Assembly (NCBI RefSeq): GCF_008831285.2
Contig: NC_045138.2
Coordinates: forward strand, 7,192,001-7,256,000
DNA: 64,000 nt
Direction: 5' to 3'
Origin: Nymphaea colorata
Taxonomy: Eukaryota
Shown: piece after piece, positions 1 to 12,600 of the stretch
How positions within the stretch are numbered: the first letter of the stretch is position 1
Layout: each line of letters starts with the position of its first letter
Translations under genes and position numbers: made by a program
Notes under the pieces: model-generated
What the model was told of the DNA's origin: nothing
The model's input: only the letters and a program-made list of their open reading frames with translations
Databases searched by the model: none

Positions 1-83
1 AAACTATAAAGCCCGCTTGTGGTGGTGAGGAGGAGGCCTTTCCGAAAAAAGTGGTCACACCAATCTATGAAACAATTGCACAG
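1..83 (+). pseudogene. CALS: Callose synthase (1,3-beta-glucan synthase, CalS/GSL) exon fragment, truncated by the window edge, inside a Harbinger-type element
   Basis: The frame from nt 3 reads TIKPACGGEEEAFPKKVVTPIYETIAQ, followed by a GT donor at 84. This matches the recalled CalS motif KPAYGGE(E/D)EAFLxKVVTPIY, with Y>C and L>P changes. No further CalS exons were seen downstream. Confidence 0.8.
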
Positions 84-461
84 GTTTATCGCTGTATCTA
101 TTTGTTCAGATGCTAAATGAAATCTATATGTTTATTCCACCCAAGTTTCTCTATAATCCGTCTTCTATTTGATCTTGTCTTGCATAGCCATTTTATTTCT
201 CTCGTGCATTTAAAAAGATGTATCTGATATGCATAATTGTTACGTGAGGAGATGATATCCTTTAAACGGTAAAAAAAAGTTTCCTTGAAAAAATTTTTCT
301 GTCTATCAAACTAGGCATTTTTTCTCCTTCAAAAAAGTTCCAGGCCATCAAACATGACCTGAAACAAGAAAAAGAGAATTTTACCCTCCTGTCAGTTACC
401 ATGGAGATTTTACCTTTGAAAAAATTCCCCCTCAAAAAAATCCAAGCCTTCAAACGTGGCC
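1..461. mobile_element. Right end of a PIF/Harbinger-type non-autonomous element
   Basis: Ends ...TCAAACGTGGCC followed by TAA (462-464). Subterminal CAGGCCATCAAAC also occurs at 31391. Paralogous sites near 26512 and 41503 lack the element. Confidence 0.65.
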
Positions 462-1428
462 TAAGTGAAAGGAAGGACGACTTAGATTGGGATAAAAAAA
501 GAACAGGACTGCATTTTTAGTTGTTTATTTTCTTCACCTCCTTATTCATTCATCTTTCCTTTTGCCATCCGTATGCACACGCTAAATGCTTGGCGAGTAC
601 GGTTCCATAACTGTTCCTCCTCAATGGAGAATGGGTTTGGATCCAGACACTATGTAGCCAATCTGAATCAATTAAAAAGGTTGTCCTTTCGCCCTGTCCA
701 TTAACCGAGCAACAACGGTTACTTTGCTTTTATCATAAAGCCATGTTTGAGAGTCTTGGATCTGAGATTTGAGGGTGATCCTAAATCCAAAGTTTAAACA
801 ACGGTTACATTACGAAAACACTGATATGTTCGATTTTTTTTTCCCTTTTTTCCTCCTTTTTAATGGCCTAAGAAATGTTCCCCCTCCTCTCTTTCAAACG
901 CCTACACTTTCTCGTTCTCTCTCTCTTCTCCCTTTTTAATGGCCTAAGGAATGTTCTCTCTCCTCTCTTTGAAACGCCGACACTTTCTCATCCTTTTTAC
1001 CTGGTGGTCCTCTAAAATTGACGACTTGCCCGTTCTCCTCAAACTCTTTGAGGACAGCAAGGTCTACCGGTTTAATTAGTCCATCAATATTTAAAAAAAC
1101 ATGATTTTCTGGCAAAAAAAATGTATAACATTATATATGTATATTTTTTCAAAAGAATCAGCATCCTTCAAATTTTTTGATTAAAATAGTCTTCTCACGA
1201 ACCTTGATTTATAATATTAAAAGTCAAAAAAAATAAAATTGAACAAATAAATCTAAGAAACAACCATATAATTATATATAAATATTATATATATATAATA
1301 AAAATATATATTTCACCACACCCCACACCCGTTTTCTGGAATGTGCTCAACATTGATACTGCATCTACATGTACACATTCCGAGACTCGCATTTCCCACC
1401 CATCCATGTAACATATTGACTATCCTTT

Positions 1429-1472
<44 letters not shown>

Positions 1473-1772
1473 AGTGTCGATATCATATAAAGTAACTGCT
1501 CTTGAAGACAATCATCTCTCACCCATGTGACACATTCACTATCCTATATATATATATATATATATATACTGCACTCATTCGGACACTCGCATCTTTCACC
1601 TATGTGACATATTGACTATCATAATATATTTAAGCTTCCAAAAGCTCTTAGACACCGTACGTCTTTGGACCGGACCGCAAGAAATGTTCAAAATTTTCTT
1701 ACCTTTCTAGATGCAACCATTCCATATTTCAGGCGTCGTTAGGAAATGACTGGTCAAACATATATAAGTTAG

Positions 1773-2316
1773 TAAGGTTGAACACGAGCCTGAGTCCCGC
1801 TCAACTCCATTCATGGATAACTGGGCTCAAGATGAGGCGAGCTTGATAGTGTTGACTGGACTCAGCCGTTACGTGTTGAGCTCGAGATCGACTTGACTAA
1901 GGCTCGACAAACTCATTTGAATAAAATTGATATTCATCGCTACGTATTAAGTTTGAGGTCAACTTGATTAAAGCTTGACAAACTCGTTTGAATAGAATTG
2001 ATATTCATTGTTACGTGTTGAGCTCGAGGTCGACTCGATTAAGGCTCGACAAACTGATAAACTCGTTTGAATATATTGACTTGATTAAGCCTCAACAAAC
2101 TGATAAAGTTGTTTGAATATATCGACTTGATTAAGCCTCGACAAACTCGATTAAGGCATCAAGCTTGACTCGGTAGTTACGTGTTGAGCAACTCGATTAT
2201 TTGAAAGAGTCCACTCATGAACTCGAGCTCGACTCGTTAAGTAAATAACTTGGCTCGAACTCGTTCACGGTTCAAGCTTTAACAAATCGAGTAGCTTGAC
2301 TTGTCGTTCACTCCTA
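1773..2316. mobile_element. hAT-derived MITE rich in GAGCTCGAG/CTCGAC subterminal repeats
   Basis: Starts TAAGGTTGAACACGAG and ends GTTCACTCCTA. Resembles the right end of the hAT element at 22420-22704. No clean TSD. Confidence 0.55.
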
Positions 2317-3329
2317 GGCATGAACATGGAGGATATGAAACAAAAAGAGACTTTGTTCTTTCGTCCTCCCCTTCCAAAAAGAAAATGCATTTTTACAAGT
2401 GGTTGTAAAATATTTTCTACTTAAATTAAAAAAAATTCAATAGCATGCTTTAGTTTTGCAAAATCTTCGAGCAAAATATTTAAGCTTCAAAAAACATTTA
2501 GAAGCTTGCGGCCTTATTTTCTGTAAACCAACAAAAGAAATAAGACACCGGATTATTTGTAAATTTTCTTCAGAAGCATGCTTAGATTTTGTAAATGTCC
2601 AAGATGATCTCTTTAATCAAAATCGACTTCAAAATCATGTTCTCTACGTGTAAACATGTTATATTTATTAAAAATAATAGGAATATTTGACATTTTTATG
2701 TTCATCAATATTTTAAACGCCATAAAATATCCTATACATGTCATATCCTAAAGACGCCAAGGTTGACTCTTCATAAAGCAACTCTACATATCAAGACTGA
2801 GATCTAAAGAGCACCCTGCACAGCCGTTTCTAAAAGATCTAAACCGCAGTTCAACTGAATTTACTCGTTTATTCTTAGAGTTGGAAGTAGAACTCGCTCA
2901 AAAAAAAAAAAAAAAAAAGTCGAGCTCCACTAGTTATAAACGAGTCAAGTTCAAGTTTAAATGTATATTTGAAATGTTAACCAAAATTCAAGTTTTAAGA
3001 CGTCGACTCATTTAAGCATCGTTATGCATGACTACGTAAATTTGGTTCATCGTAGTTGAATTACTTAAATTAGTTATCTAAATAAACGAGTTGATAAGTT
3101 AAAAAAAAAAAAAAAAAAAAAACCTTGTCAACACAGAGTAGTCCGGTCCAGCTTCAGCTGTTCTATAAAACTCGACTTAAATTCAAGCTGAGGTATTTGT
3201 TTAGTAAAGTTGAGCTCGAGCTAGAACTCGGTTCGTATGCAACCCATTCTGTTACAAGGCAGAAGTCTCATGTCCTCAAGTCAATGCGCAGTCTTTGAAG
3301 ATTATCTGGTGCAGGTGAAATCATGCTCT

Positions 3330-3341
3330 AGTCAACACGTG
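3330..3341 (+). promoter_or_regulatory. Adjacent W-box (AGTCAA = TTGACT on the minus strand) and G-box (CACGTG) in the DIR-A promoter
   Basis: AGTCAACACGTG is conserved in the A' (about 29596) and A'' (about 44837) promoters. It is changed to CACGCG/CACGCC in the B-type promoters. Function is inferred only. Confidence 0.4.
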
Positions 3342-3681
3342 CCAGAGGTTGAGAGATCTACCAAATTCAGACGGCCCTAATTCGACGAACGTCTATCGTT
3401 CGCTATCAACTTGTGATCATGATTCAAACTAAAGGATGGTCAGGTCAGCTTCCAAAACCATGAGTTAGAAAGGGAACAAGAGAAAGAATTCAATCTCGAT
3501 CGATGGATTGATCAAACACAACGCCACTCCCTTTCCTACTCCTCTCTGTTCTCATTTTCTGTTCGAGTTTCCAAATTCACATTCATAAATTTCTATATTG
3601 AAAAGTCATCATGTTCTAGAAACGAGCCAAAGATCCTCAGGAATTAAGCATGTAAAGCAAAACTTTATAGATCTCTCTCTC

Positions 3682-3689
3682 TATAAATA
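3682..3689 (+). promoter_or_regulatory. TATA box of DIR-A
   Basis: TATAAATA lies 68 nt before the ATG. Equivalent boxes sit at 25490-25497 (C) and 50323-50330 (B'). Confidence 0.7.
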
Positions 3690-3749
3690 CTACCTGCAGT
3701 GCATGCCTCCTCATCATCGGCTTTCATGTTTCACAGCAAAGCCAACGCA

Positions 3750-4322
3750 ATGGCGTATTCCCTTCTTCCAAAACGCTCAGCCACTATCTTCCTCTATACC
3801 TTCTTCTTCCTTGTCGCCGTAGCAGTGGATGCCAAACTTGTTCATAGTCAAGGAGTCCTCCACAGGCCACCGAAGGAGAAGATATCCCACCTCCATTTCT
3901 ACTTCCACGACATCCTCAGCGGCCGGAATCCGACTGCAGTACCCATTGCCGGAGCGAGGAACCGGACCTCAGCGACGGGGTTTGGTGATGTTATAATGAT
4001 CGATGACCCCTTGACGGAAGGGCCCGAGTTGTCTTCCAAGCTGGTGGGAAGAGCCCAGGGAATCTACGCTTCGGCCGGGCAGCAAGAAGCGAGCTTGCTC
4101 ATGGCAGTGAACTACGTGTTCATGGAGGGGAAGTACAACGGCAGCAGCTTGAGCATTTTGGGGAGGAACGCGGTGATGCAGAGAGTAAGGGAGATGCCGG
4201 TGGTGGGTGGTAGCGGTCTGTTCAGGATGGCCCGCGGCTACGCCCTTGCGAGGACTCACTGGTTTAATGCAAACACGGGAGACGCCATTGTGGAGTACAA
4301 TGTCTATGTCGTCCATTATTAG
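3750..4322 (+). CDS. DIR: Dirigent protein, type A (intact, 190 aa, signal peptide, intronless)
   Basis: ATG at 3750 (the track start at 3699 is a GTG). Hydrophobic N-terminus, then HLHFYFHD, MIDDPLT, VGRAQG, REMPVVGGSGLFRMARGY and EYNVYV motifs. N-glycosylation sequons NRT and NGS. Confidence 0.95.
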   Translation: MAYSLLPKRSATIFLYTFFFLVAVAVDAKLVHSQGVLHRPPKEKISHLHFYFHDILSGRNPTAVPIAGARNRTSATGFGDVIMIDDPLTEGPELSSKLVGRAQGIYASAGQQEASLLMAVNYVFMEGKYNGSSLSILGRNAVMQRVREMPVVGGSGLFRMARGYALARTHWFNANTGDAIVEYNVYVVHY

Positions 4323-4980
4323 TTAATCACATGTGCCGCCATGTAATAAGATATCCCAATATTTTCTCTTCTATGTTATTCTTTAATATTATTTGTATGA
4401 ATAAAATAATTAATTATTTAGAGATTTTAAGTTACCCTTAACATCCTAATAGAGAGATTTGAAAACAAATTTCGTAACCTATCTTGAACTCCGTCCTTAA
4501 GAAAAAGCAATGCATCTAGGACATCCAAAATGAAGAATAGCATTCCATTCCACTTTTGGTCAGAACTTCAAACGATTTGTTTGACTAGTGACCTTCAGTG
4601 TCATCAATGAAAATGAAATTCATCCGTCAAACCTTATTCCGTAAGAGTTTGATGAGTCCTCTTCTTTCAGAAAGCACTTAAGAATTGGGATGAGTCGATA
4701 TCGGTTGATAATGTGAGAACACTTTTGAATGTCAAGACGGACTTCTAAACCAACCCGAAAAGGGTTTTGAGGTTGGACTAGGTAGGAAGAATGAATTTAT
4801 GTCTGGACGTAGCTGGCCAAGGCCACTCAAACTTCAACCTAAAGAAATAGCCAAAAGGTATGTTATTATCGAACCCAAATTTAAAAAGAAAGAACTATGC
4901 TATTGACCGAACAAAGAACCCTAAATCTATGCCCCTTAATGAATCGAACCGCCCTTCACCTTTGTTTGATTTTGACGGAA

Positions 4981-5757
4981 AAATGTTATTTGGTGCATTG
5001 TGCACAGCCCCTAAAACCATGACATATTGACTTCTAGCCCACTTTTAAAATGATCTTTGCTCAGGTGTCATGCCCAGACACACATTTAAATTATACATAG
5101 GTTTATGCATATAACCACATTTAAATTACAAAGTAAAACCAAAATTTTTATTTAAACATCCTAATAAAAAGATTTGAAGCAAAAAGGTTACTTGGTGCAT
5201 TGTGCATAGCCCCCAATGCATGATATGAGGACTTCTAGCCTACTTTTAAAATGGTCTTCACTCAGGTGTTATGTTCAGCACACATTTGTATTATGTATAG
5301 GTCTGTGTATATAACCACCTTTAAATTACCAAAGTAAAACCAAAATTTTTACTTAAACATTCTAATAGAGAGATTTGAAGGTAAAAGGTTACATGGTGCA
5401 TTGTGCACGGCCCTCAATGCATGACATGTGGACCTCTACCCCACTTTTAAAATTGTCATGGCTCGGGTGTCATGCCCAGTCACACATTTGTATTGTTCAT
5501 AGGTATGTGCATAGAACCACCTTTAAATTAAAAAGTGAAACCAAAATATTTACTTAAACATCTTAATAGAGAGATTTAAAGGTAAAAGGTTACTTGGTGC
5601 ATGGTGCACAACCCTCAATGCATGACATGTGGACCTCTAGCCTATTTTTAAAATGGTATTGGCTCAGGTGTCATGCTCAGTCATACCTTTGTATTGTGCA
5701 TAGGTCTATGCATATAACTACCTTTTAAATTATAGAATTGAAACCAAAATTTTTACT
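4981..5757 (+). repeat. Tandem array of about 200-bp units, 4 copies
   Basis: GTTA(C/T)(T/A)TGGTGCAT recurs near 4985, 5187, 5388 and 5589. A homologous array lies at about 45900-46830. Confidence 0.85.
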
Positions 5758-7566
5758 ATCTGTTGAGAAATGAGCTGCCAAAAGAGGCCAATATATTTTT
5801 TTGAAAATTTTTTATAGTAAATTTTTTAAAAAATTTATACACGTCAATTTAAATATTTGAAAATTTGAGAGGGGCCATTACCTTGCCGTCCTTTTTGCTC
5901 CACGAGTAATTTTACCTACCAGTCAATCCGCTGATCACCTATGCCAAACCACATGTAAGAAGGGGAAAAAAAAATCGTAAGGGTTATGTCTCCAATATAT
6001 CTGGGATGCTAGCATAATTAATGGTTTAAAATATAGTTTTTAGGGTCTTAGACATTTTGTAAAAACAATATGATTTTGATTTCACATGTATATAATATAG
6101 CCCACTCAAAACTAAGTTACATGGTCCATGTAGTAAACCACATTGTAAAAATATTAGGGTTGACAACATGATCAATTACCTTAATCGCTATATAATGCAA
6201 AACACATTAAGTTTGATGTAAAGCATAAGAAACTGAGAATATTGTCTTGAAAAATCGTAGAAGTGCAATATATATCCTACTACTTATATCCCTACATTAT
6301 AAAGAATAAATCATTATATTATTGTCTTTGCATTTCTATCGTGAGACCATGTGTCTAGCCAGTTCCATATTTTACCTCAAAACTTATCGTGTGATATTCT
6401 GTCAAACAAAATTAACTGCAAAAAAAGACGAACTTTCTTTAATCCAAAGGTGCAACCTAGGGGTTAAATTAAATGCAAAAATTCTGGCTCTGCCCGATCT
6501 CAATAAAAAAAAAAAAACCATCTTTTTACGGTGCTTTACAGTGCTAGATCTAAAACATGACATTAAAAATTATGTCTACCTTTGGCAGCTCGTACGCATT
6601 TCCCTTCATTAATAAAATTTTACCTGCAGTAATAAAATAAACTTGCGAACTGTTCTAGATATTGGTAAATTCGTTTAGATGTAGCCAGTCATATATCAAG
6701 ATCATTGGCCAGTAAAATCGAAGAGGCTAACTAATCCAAACTAATGAATTATTTTTTTATCGATAGTATTTTAATCTTTTTATCACACTAATTTCCCAAC
6801 TTAAATTAGTAATAATTAAAGGTTAACTGGTAACATGTTTTTTTTTTCACTATAAAAAATTAAGTCTGTCTTTAATTATCTCAGTTCATTACTAAAATTT
6901 CTAAAATAAATCTACAAGAGAAACAACAGAAAAGGTGCTAAAAGAGATCTACGGACGGCAGCTTTTTGAAGGTGCATTCAAATTACCTAACTCGTTTCAA
7001 TTTTCCTTGCTGAATATTATATATTAACTCCGTCCTCTGTCCGCTGCTTGGCAGGATAGAAACACAGACCAAAATTAATTTCCTTATGACTTTTTATTGG
7101 GGTCCGCTGTGACAGTTATTTAAAACATTTATAATTTGATAGATGCTAGCATCATGTTCGGAGGCTGAATTAGAAATCTCTTTTTAGGGACGTCAATCTA
7201 GATTTTCTTATTTTTATTGGGGTCGAATTAAAAATCTTTTCTTAGGGAGGTCAAATCTAGATTTTCTTGCTTTTATTAGGGTCGAATAAGGAGGAAGCCA
7301 GGGTAGGGCGTGCATGGGCCCTCGCCCTACCTCAAATTTTTTTTTAAATTTATATATAAATTTTAAAAAATTTCATTTGTTATATATACAAATTTTATAT
7401 TTTGGCCATATTCAAAATTTATAAACTTTAATTCGACTTTTTTGATGTTGACTGGTTATGCCTCATGTCCAACTATATATTTTTTTAACTTTTAATGAAT
7501 CAAAAAAACATTTATAAAGGTTATTTTTTTGTCTTTCCCAAAGTCATGGCCATGGCCCAGCCTTTG

Positions 7567-7670
<104 letters not shown>

Positions 7671-7728
7671 TATGTCGTATCCAATTCCATTAACTTCTGT
7701 TTTTTTGATAAAAGGAAGCATTCACTTT

Positions 7729-7761
<33 letters not shown>

Positions 7762-7970
7762 AAACCGCCGTACTTGTTGGAAGCAGGATCGACCGGGCGT
7801 ACACATTTTCTGTTAATTGGCAAGGTCTGTGTGGGGCCGTTGGGTGTACACATTTTTCAATTGCAAGTCATATTCGTTTACGTCTTGAAGCAGTACATCC
7901 ATGAACTGAACGGCAAGAAATGTTCAATTTTTCATCGTTTTAAGTCGTATTTGCTTCTTCTGCTTGCATC

Positions 7971-8093
7971 GTAACCATAGCCCCCCAGTCCATTAAGGAT
8001 GCTTTTCCACGACCATGAGTATAGAGATTTTGACCTTGAATTCCACATATTCTCAGATCCAAGATCTTTAGTCCGGGCAAACTTTGCCCATAG
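7971..8093 (-). mobile_element. Short LINE (non-LTR retrotransposon) ORF2 remnant
   Basis: The minus strand reads LWAKFARTKDLGSENMWNSRSKSLYSWSWKSILNG. This resembles the LWxx..xKY...SWxWxSIL segment after the RT domain of plant L1 elements. Confidence 0.45.
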
Positions 8094-9684
8094 TAAGATA
8101 GAAGTACGGGCCTATAAAACTAAATAGATTAAGAACCAAGGCAGAACCAATTGGTGCTGGTGTGGGCAGTTGCCCACACTAGTCTCACAAAATTAGTTTA
8201 ATATGTATGTTAATGTTTTGATAGATTTGATTGTTATATATATAAGCGCCCAAAGAAATTAAAGGTATTAAATAAGCGCTCCCACAAAAAAAAAAAATTC
8301 TGGCTCCGCTAGTATTAAGAACTGTTAGATTAAGCCCATCCTGCCAGAATATGAGAGAAGTCTGTGTTTCCACCCTGAGTTTTTTTTTTTTTTTTTTTAC
8401 CTTGTCTATTGTCTATTGGTTTAATACAAGTCTCTACATTCTTTTTCCCCACAAATAATAGGAGACATAGATAAGTAATAGGAAGGGAGGACTAGTCCCA
8501 GCCAAGGATTTGAGCTGCTTTGAAGATGTTTTTCTTTCATCAAAATCGATTTCAAAATCAGGTCCTCTCCATGTAAACATGTTAGATTATTAAAAAGGAT
8601 CGGAATATTTGACATTTTTATATTCTTCAATATTTCAAATGCCATAAAATCTTCTATACATGTCATATTCCAAAGACGACAAGATTGACTCTTCCTAAAG
8701 CAACTCCAAATATCACGCCGACATAGACCTAAAAACCAACATACACAGTCCTTTATGAATCTTTTAACTGCAGTTTAACTATATGTTATTAAGGCTACAC
8801 AACGAGTTAAGCCAATTCAAGCTCGAGTCAAAATCACTCAAAAAAATTTGAGTCCAGGTCCACTTGTTATAAATGAGTCGAGTTCAAGTTTAAATTTACA
8901 TTTGAAATGTTAAGCAAGTCAAGTTCCAGTTATAAGATGTTGTATCATTTAAACTCAGTTTGGCTTGACTATGTGAAGCTGGGAGTTCATCATAGTTGAA
9001 TTAGTTAAACTAGTTAACCAGCTATACAATTTAACAAATTAAAAAAACAAGACATGTTAATAAAAAAGATTTAAACGACTTAAGCGAGTTGAACTTGAGT
9101 TTCACGTAGTCAGGTCGAGCTTGAGCTTGTTCTATGAAGCTCGACTTGAACAATCCGAACGCGCTGTTCAGATGGAGGACTCAGCTCGTATGCAGCCATA
9201 TATGACCCAGAAGCAGAAATCTGGTATTCTCAAGTCAATGAGCAAATTACAATCACTGAATCTTCGCTAAAGGATGTGAAGTCTCCGTGCTCTAGTCAAC
9301 ACGCGCCAGAAGTTGGGAGATCTACGAAATTCAGCCAGTTCGCTATCAATTTGTGATCATGATTCAACCTAAGGGATGGTTAGGTCAGCCTCCAAAACCA
9401 GGCGTTAGAAAGAGAGCAAGAGAAATAATTCAATCGACATCGATGAATTGATCAGAACACAACCGCCTTTTCCACTCCTCTCTGTTCACATTTTCTGTTC
9501 AAATTTCCAAATCCCATTCATAAATTTCTTTACTGAAGAGCCATCATGCTCTAGAAATGACATCAAAGATCATGAGGAATTAAGCATGTAGAGCAAAACT
9601 ATGTAGACCTCTCCCTCTATAAGTACTACCTGCAATGCATGCCTCCCCATCATCAGTTTTCTGTTTCACAGCAAAGCCGACGCA

Positions 9685-12600
9685 ATGGCGCATTCCCTTC
9701 TTCCAAAATGCTCCGCATGCACCATCTTCCTTTTTAGCTTCTTCTTCCTCGTTGCCGTGGCAGTGGATGCCAAACTGGTTCATAGTCAAGGAGTACTCCA
9801 CCGCCCACCGAAGGAGAAGACGTCCCACCTCCACTTCTACTTCCACGACATGGTCAACGGCCAGAATCAGACTGTAGTATGCCTTGCCGGTGCTGGGGAC
9901 TGGGCCTCAGCAACGGGGTTTGGCGATGTTGTGATGAACGACGACCCCTTGACAGAAGGGCCTGAGTTGTCTTCCAAACTGGTGGGAAGAGCCCAAGCGC
10001 TCTATGCTTCGGTCGGGCTGCAGGAAACGAGCTTGCTGATGGCAGTGAACTATGTGTTCAGGGAGGGAAAGTACAATGGCAGCAGCTTGAGCATTCTGGG
10101 GAGGAACACGGCGATGCGGCCGGTGATGGCACCTTCGTGTTGCAGCAGCAGCGGAAACAACAGTAGCGTCTCAGCGTGAAGAGGCAGCACCTGTGACAAA
10201 TAGAGGAGAAAATTAAAGCTCGTAACTGCAAGTGGGCCCCTTGTAGTTGGCACCTTTATGTTGCAGCAGCAGCGAAAACAGCAGCAACGTCTCAGCATAA
10301 AGAGCATCACCTGTGACAAATAGAGAAGAAAATTAAAGCTTGTAACTGCAAGTGAGCCCCCTTGCAGTTATGAGATGAATGGGTTGGGCTCTTAGCCACT
10401 ATCTAACATCTCCCACTTGGCCATGAGACCGATAGATTGCTTCCACTATGTATGAGTTTTCTTAATCTTTAGTTACAAGGTTTTTCATAATTGGTTTGTC
10501 CTTCGTAACTTGAAATTTTGTTCAAGGTTTGTAGTGAGGTTTTTCTTTCAATGGTTTTCGATCACAACCTTTCAAGTATTTAATATATTTCACATTAGTT
10601 ACGAGGTTATCTTCATTCACAAATATTTTTATCGTAACATGTTAAAACTTAGTCTCATGTAGACCATAAGCTTTACATAAAAGTCATCAAGAATTCTCTT
10701 GATAATAATGCTAGCAATCATGTAAGCATTTGAAATGTACATGTATATTCTCTTCTTGTTCAACAATGAAACCAATCCTAGATACTTTCCAACCACCTAA
10801 CAAAAAAGCAAACCAGGATGATCTTAGCCCCCATACGGGCTACATGCTTGGCTAATAAATCATTAGGAATTCTTTTTGCTAAAAAAGTTAGCAATTATAT
10901 GAATATATCTTTTGTTTCATTCATACATCTGAAAACATTTGACTGCCATAGAACAAGGTCAACTTGGACTTTCTAATGCATACTAATAAGCTAAATTAAA
11001 AAGTTTGTATAAAGTCCAGCACAGAAACTAATATGCTTAGAAAGCAAATGGTATATTTTCATTTTATTGTTTTCTACAATTACTTAACTCGTTTAGCAAT
11101 AGGTGTTCCAAAACATTCATTCTAAATTCATGCAATACATAATCATATGACAAAACACATATTTGTTTTGCAAATGGTATGTTCGAGTGTGCTCCCACTT
11201 TTCAAATGTTTACATAATCATTATTTTGATTAACAATACACCTAATCTTTAGTGATCCGTCCCCACAGGTTTTGAAATGCCCGGGGGGTGAAACCAGTGC
11301 CTCTACCCTTGTATATGCCCTTATCTCGCCTCTTCGGGTCAACTTCGTAGTGAGATGTCCTTTTCATAGATCCTTCGAGCGAGAAAGGTGTTGCACCTTA
11401 CCAAAAAAGCAAGGAGCATACTGCGAGTAGGAAGTGGAATTGATACAATGGATTCAGAAGCATCAAACCTCTCTTTTTTCAGAAGAATCGAAACACATCG
11501 AAATGGTTCCATGAAGTTGGAAGCACTTTTGACGATTTCCTGAGTGTTATGGAAAGGTCAGGACTTTCTGTAAAGGTCATGACTCATTATGGAAAAGTCA
11601 GGATCCAGAAAAGTATGACCATTTAAAAGAATGAGCAATTAACTCATAGTCTATCATACAAGTACTTTTTATCTTGCATAGTTTTTATCAATATACCCTT
11701 TCATAGAAAAAATTTCATTTAACTCATCATTCATATAATAACTTTCCTTACCAAATATTTAAATAATAACAAGCAAATAAATTGCTTACTGTTATGTCAC
11801 ATTTGTCAAGCATTTCATAAAGCTCAACACATAGTTCCACTATCATGCATAGAATAACAATTTAAGTATCGCCATTCAAGTATTTCACAAAATGATCATT
11901 GAGATCGATAATAAGCTTCAGTCGGTTCATTACCAAACTGATTCTTAGTCGGTTCATTGCTTAACTGTTTATTAACATATCTAATCGGTCAAACTTGATA
12001 ATCAAAAGAATCATTATTTTAAAACTTTTAGAATAATTCCATCTCATGTAAAAAAGAAAAAATTATCATACCCTACTTTTATTTGGGTATCCAATACATA
12101 TGTATTTGCAAACATATCATTTCATTTGCAGATATGTATTCAACATGCATTCTGATCTCCAAAGATCTCAATACAGATCAAGTTAGTGTGAATATCATTA
12201 TATTCACGAGTGTTATTTTACACCTCATGACAAATATTAAAATCAAAATCATTCTTAAACAAGAACTTAGTAGCATACTAACATAGTTGGATCCACTAAT
12301 GAACAATTAACATAATATCATTGGATCTAATATAAACAAGACATGGATGTTTAACAATATATCTAAATATATTGAAATCTGAATCAAATCTGTTTGCATG
12401 ATGGATCTTTAAGGAATAAATAGATCCAATTCCAAATGCTACATGATGATAAAGATTCAGATTATCTTAACATAGATCCAAACTAGTAATATCCACAATA
12501 CAACTAATATGAATTTAAAACACATGATCCTCATTGAAATATTATACAATATGGTTCAACAACCATATTTAAATCAATGCTAACTCATCTCTCTTTTGAG

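Larger units (their letters stand above)
463..7100 (+). repeat. Segmental duplication block A (copies at about 26512-33255 and 41503-48500)
   Basis: Long collinear matches, e.g. AAGTGAAAGGA(A/G)GGACGACTTAGATTG at 463, 26514 and 41504. The promoter and downstream regions are also shared. Confidence 0.9.

Noticed and set aside
3969..4316. Antisense ORFs over DIR genes (also 25647-26126, 50285-50953, 56135-56500)
   Set aside because: Shadow frames caused by GC-rich codon usage; start points and lengths are not conserved among copies.
9635..9877. Upstream overlapping 80-aa ORF in B-type genes (also 50340-50582)
   Set aside because: Its ATG is only about 17 nt after the start of the TATA box, probably upstream of the transcription start, and its frame is not conserved in A-type copies.
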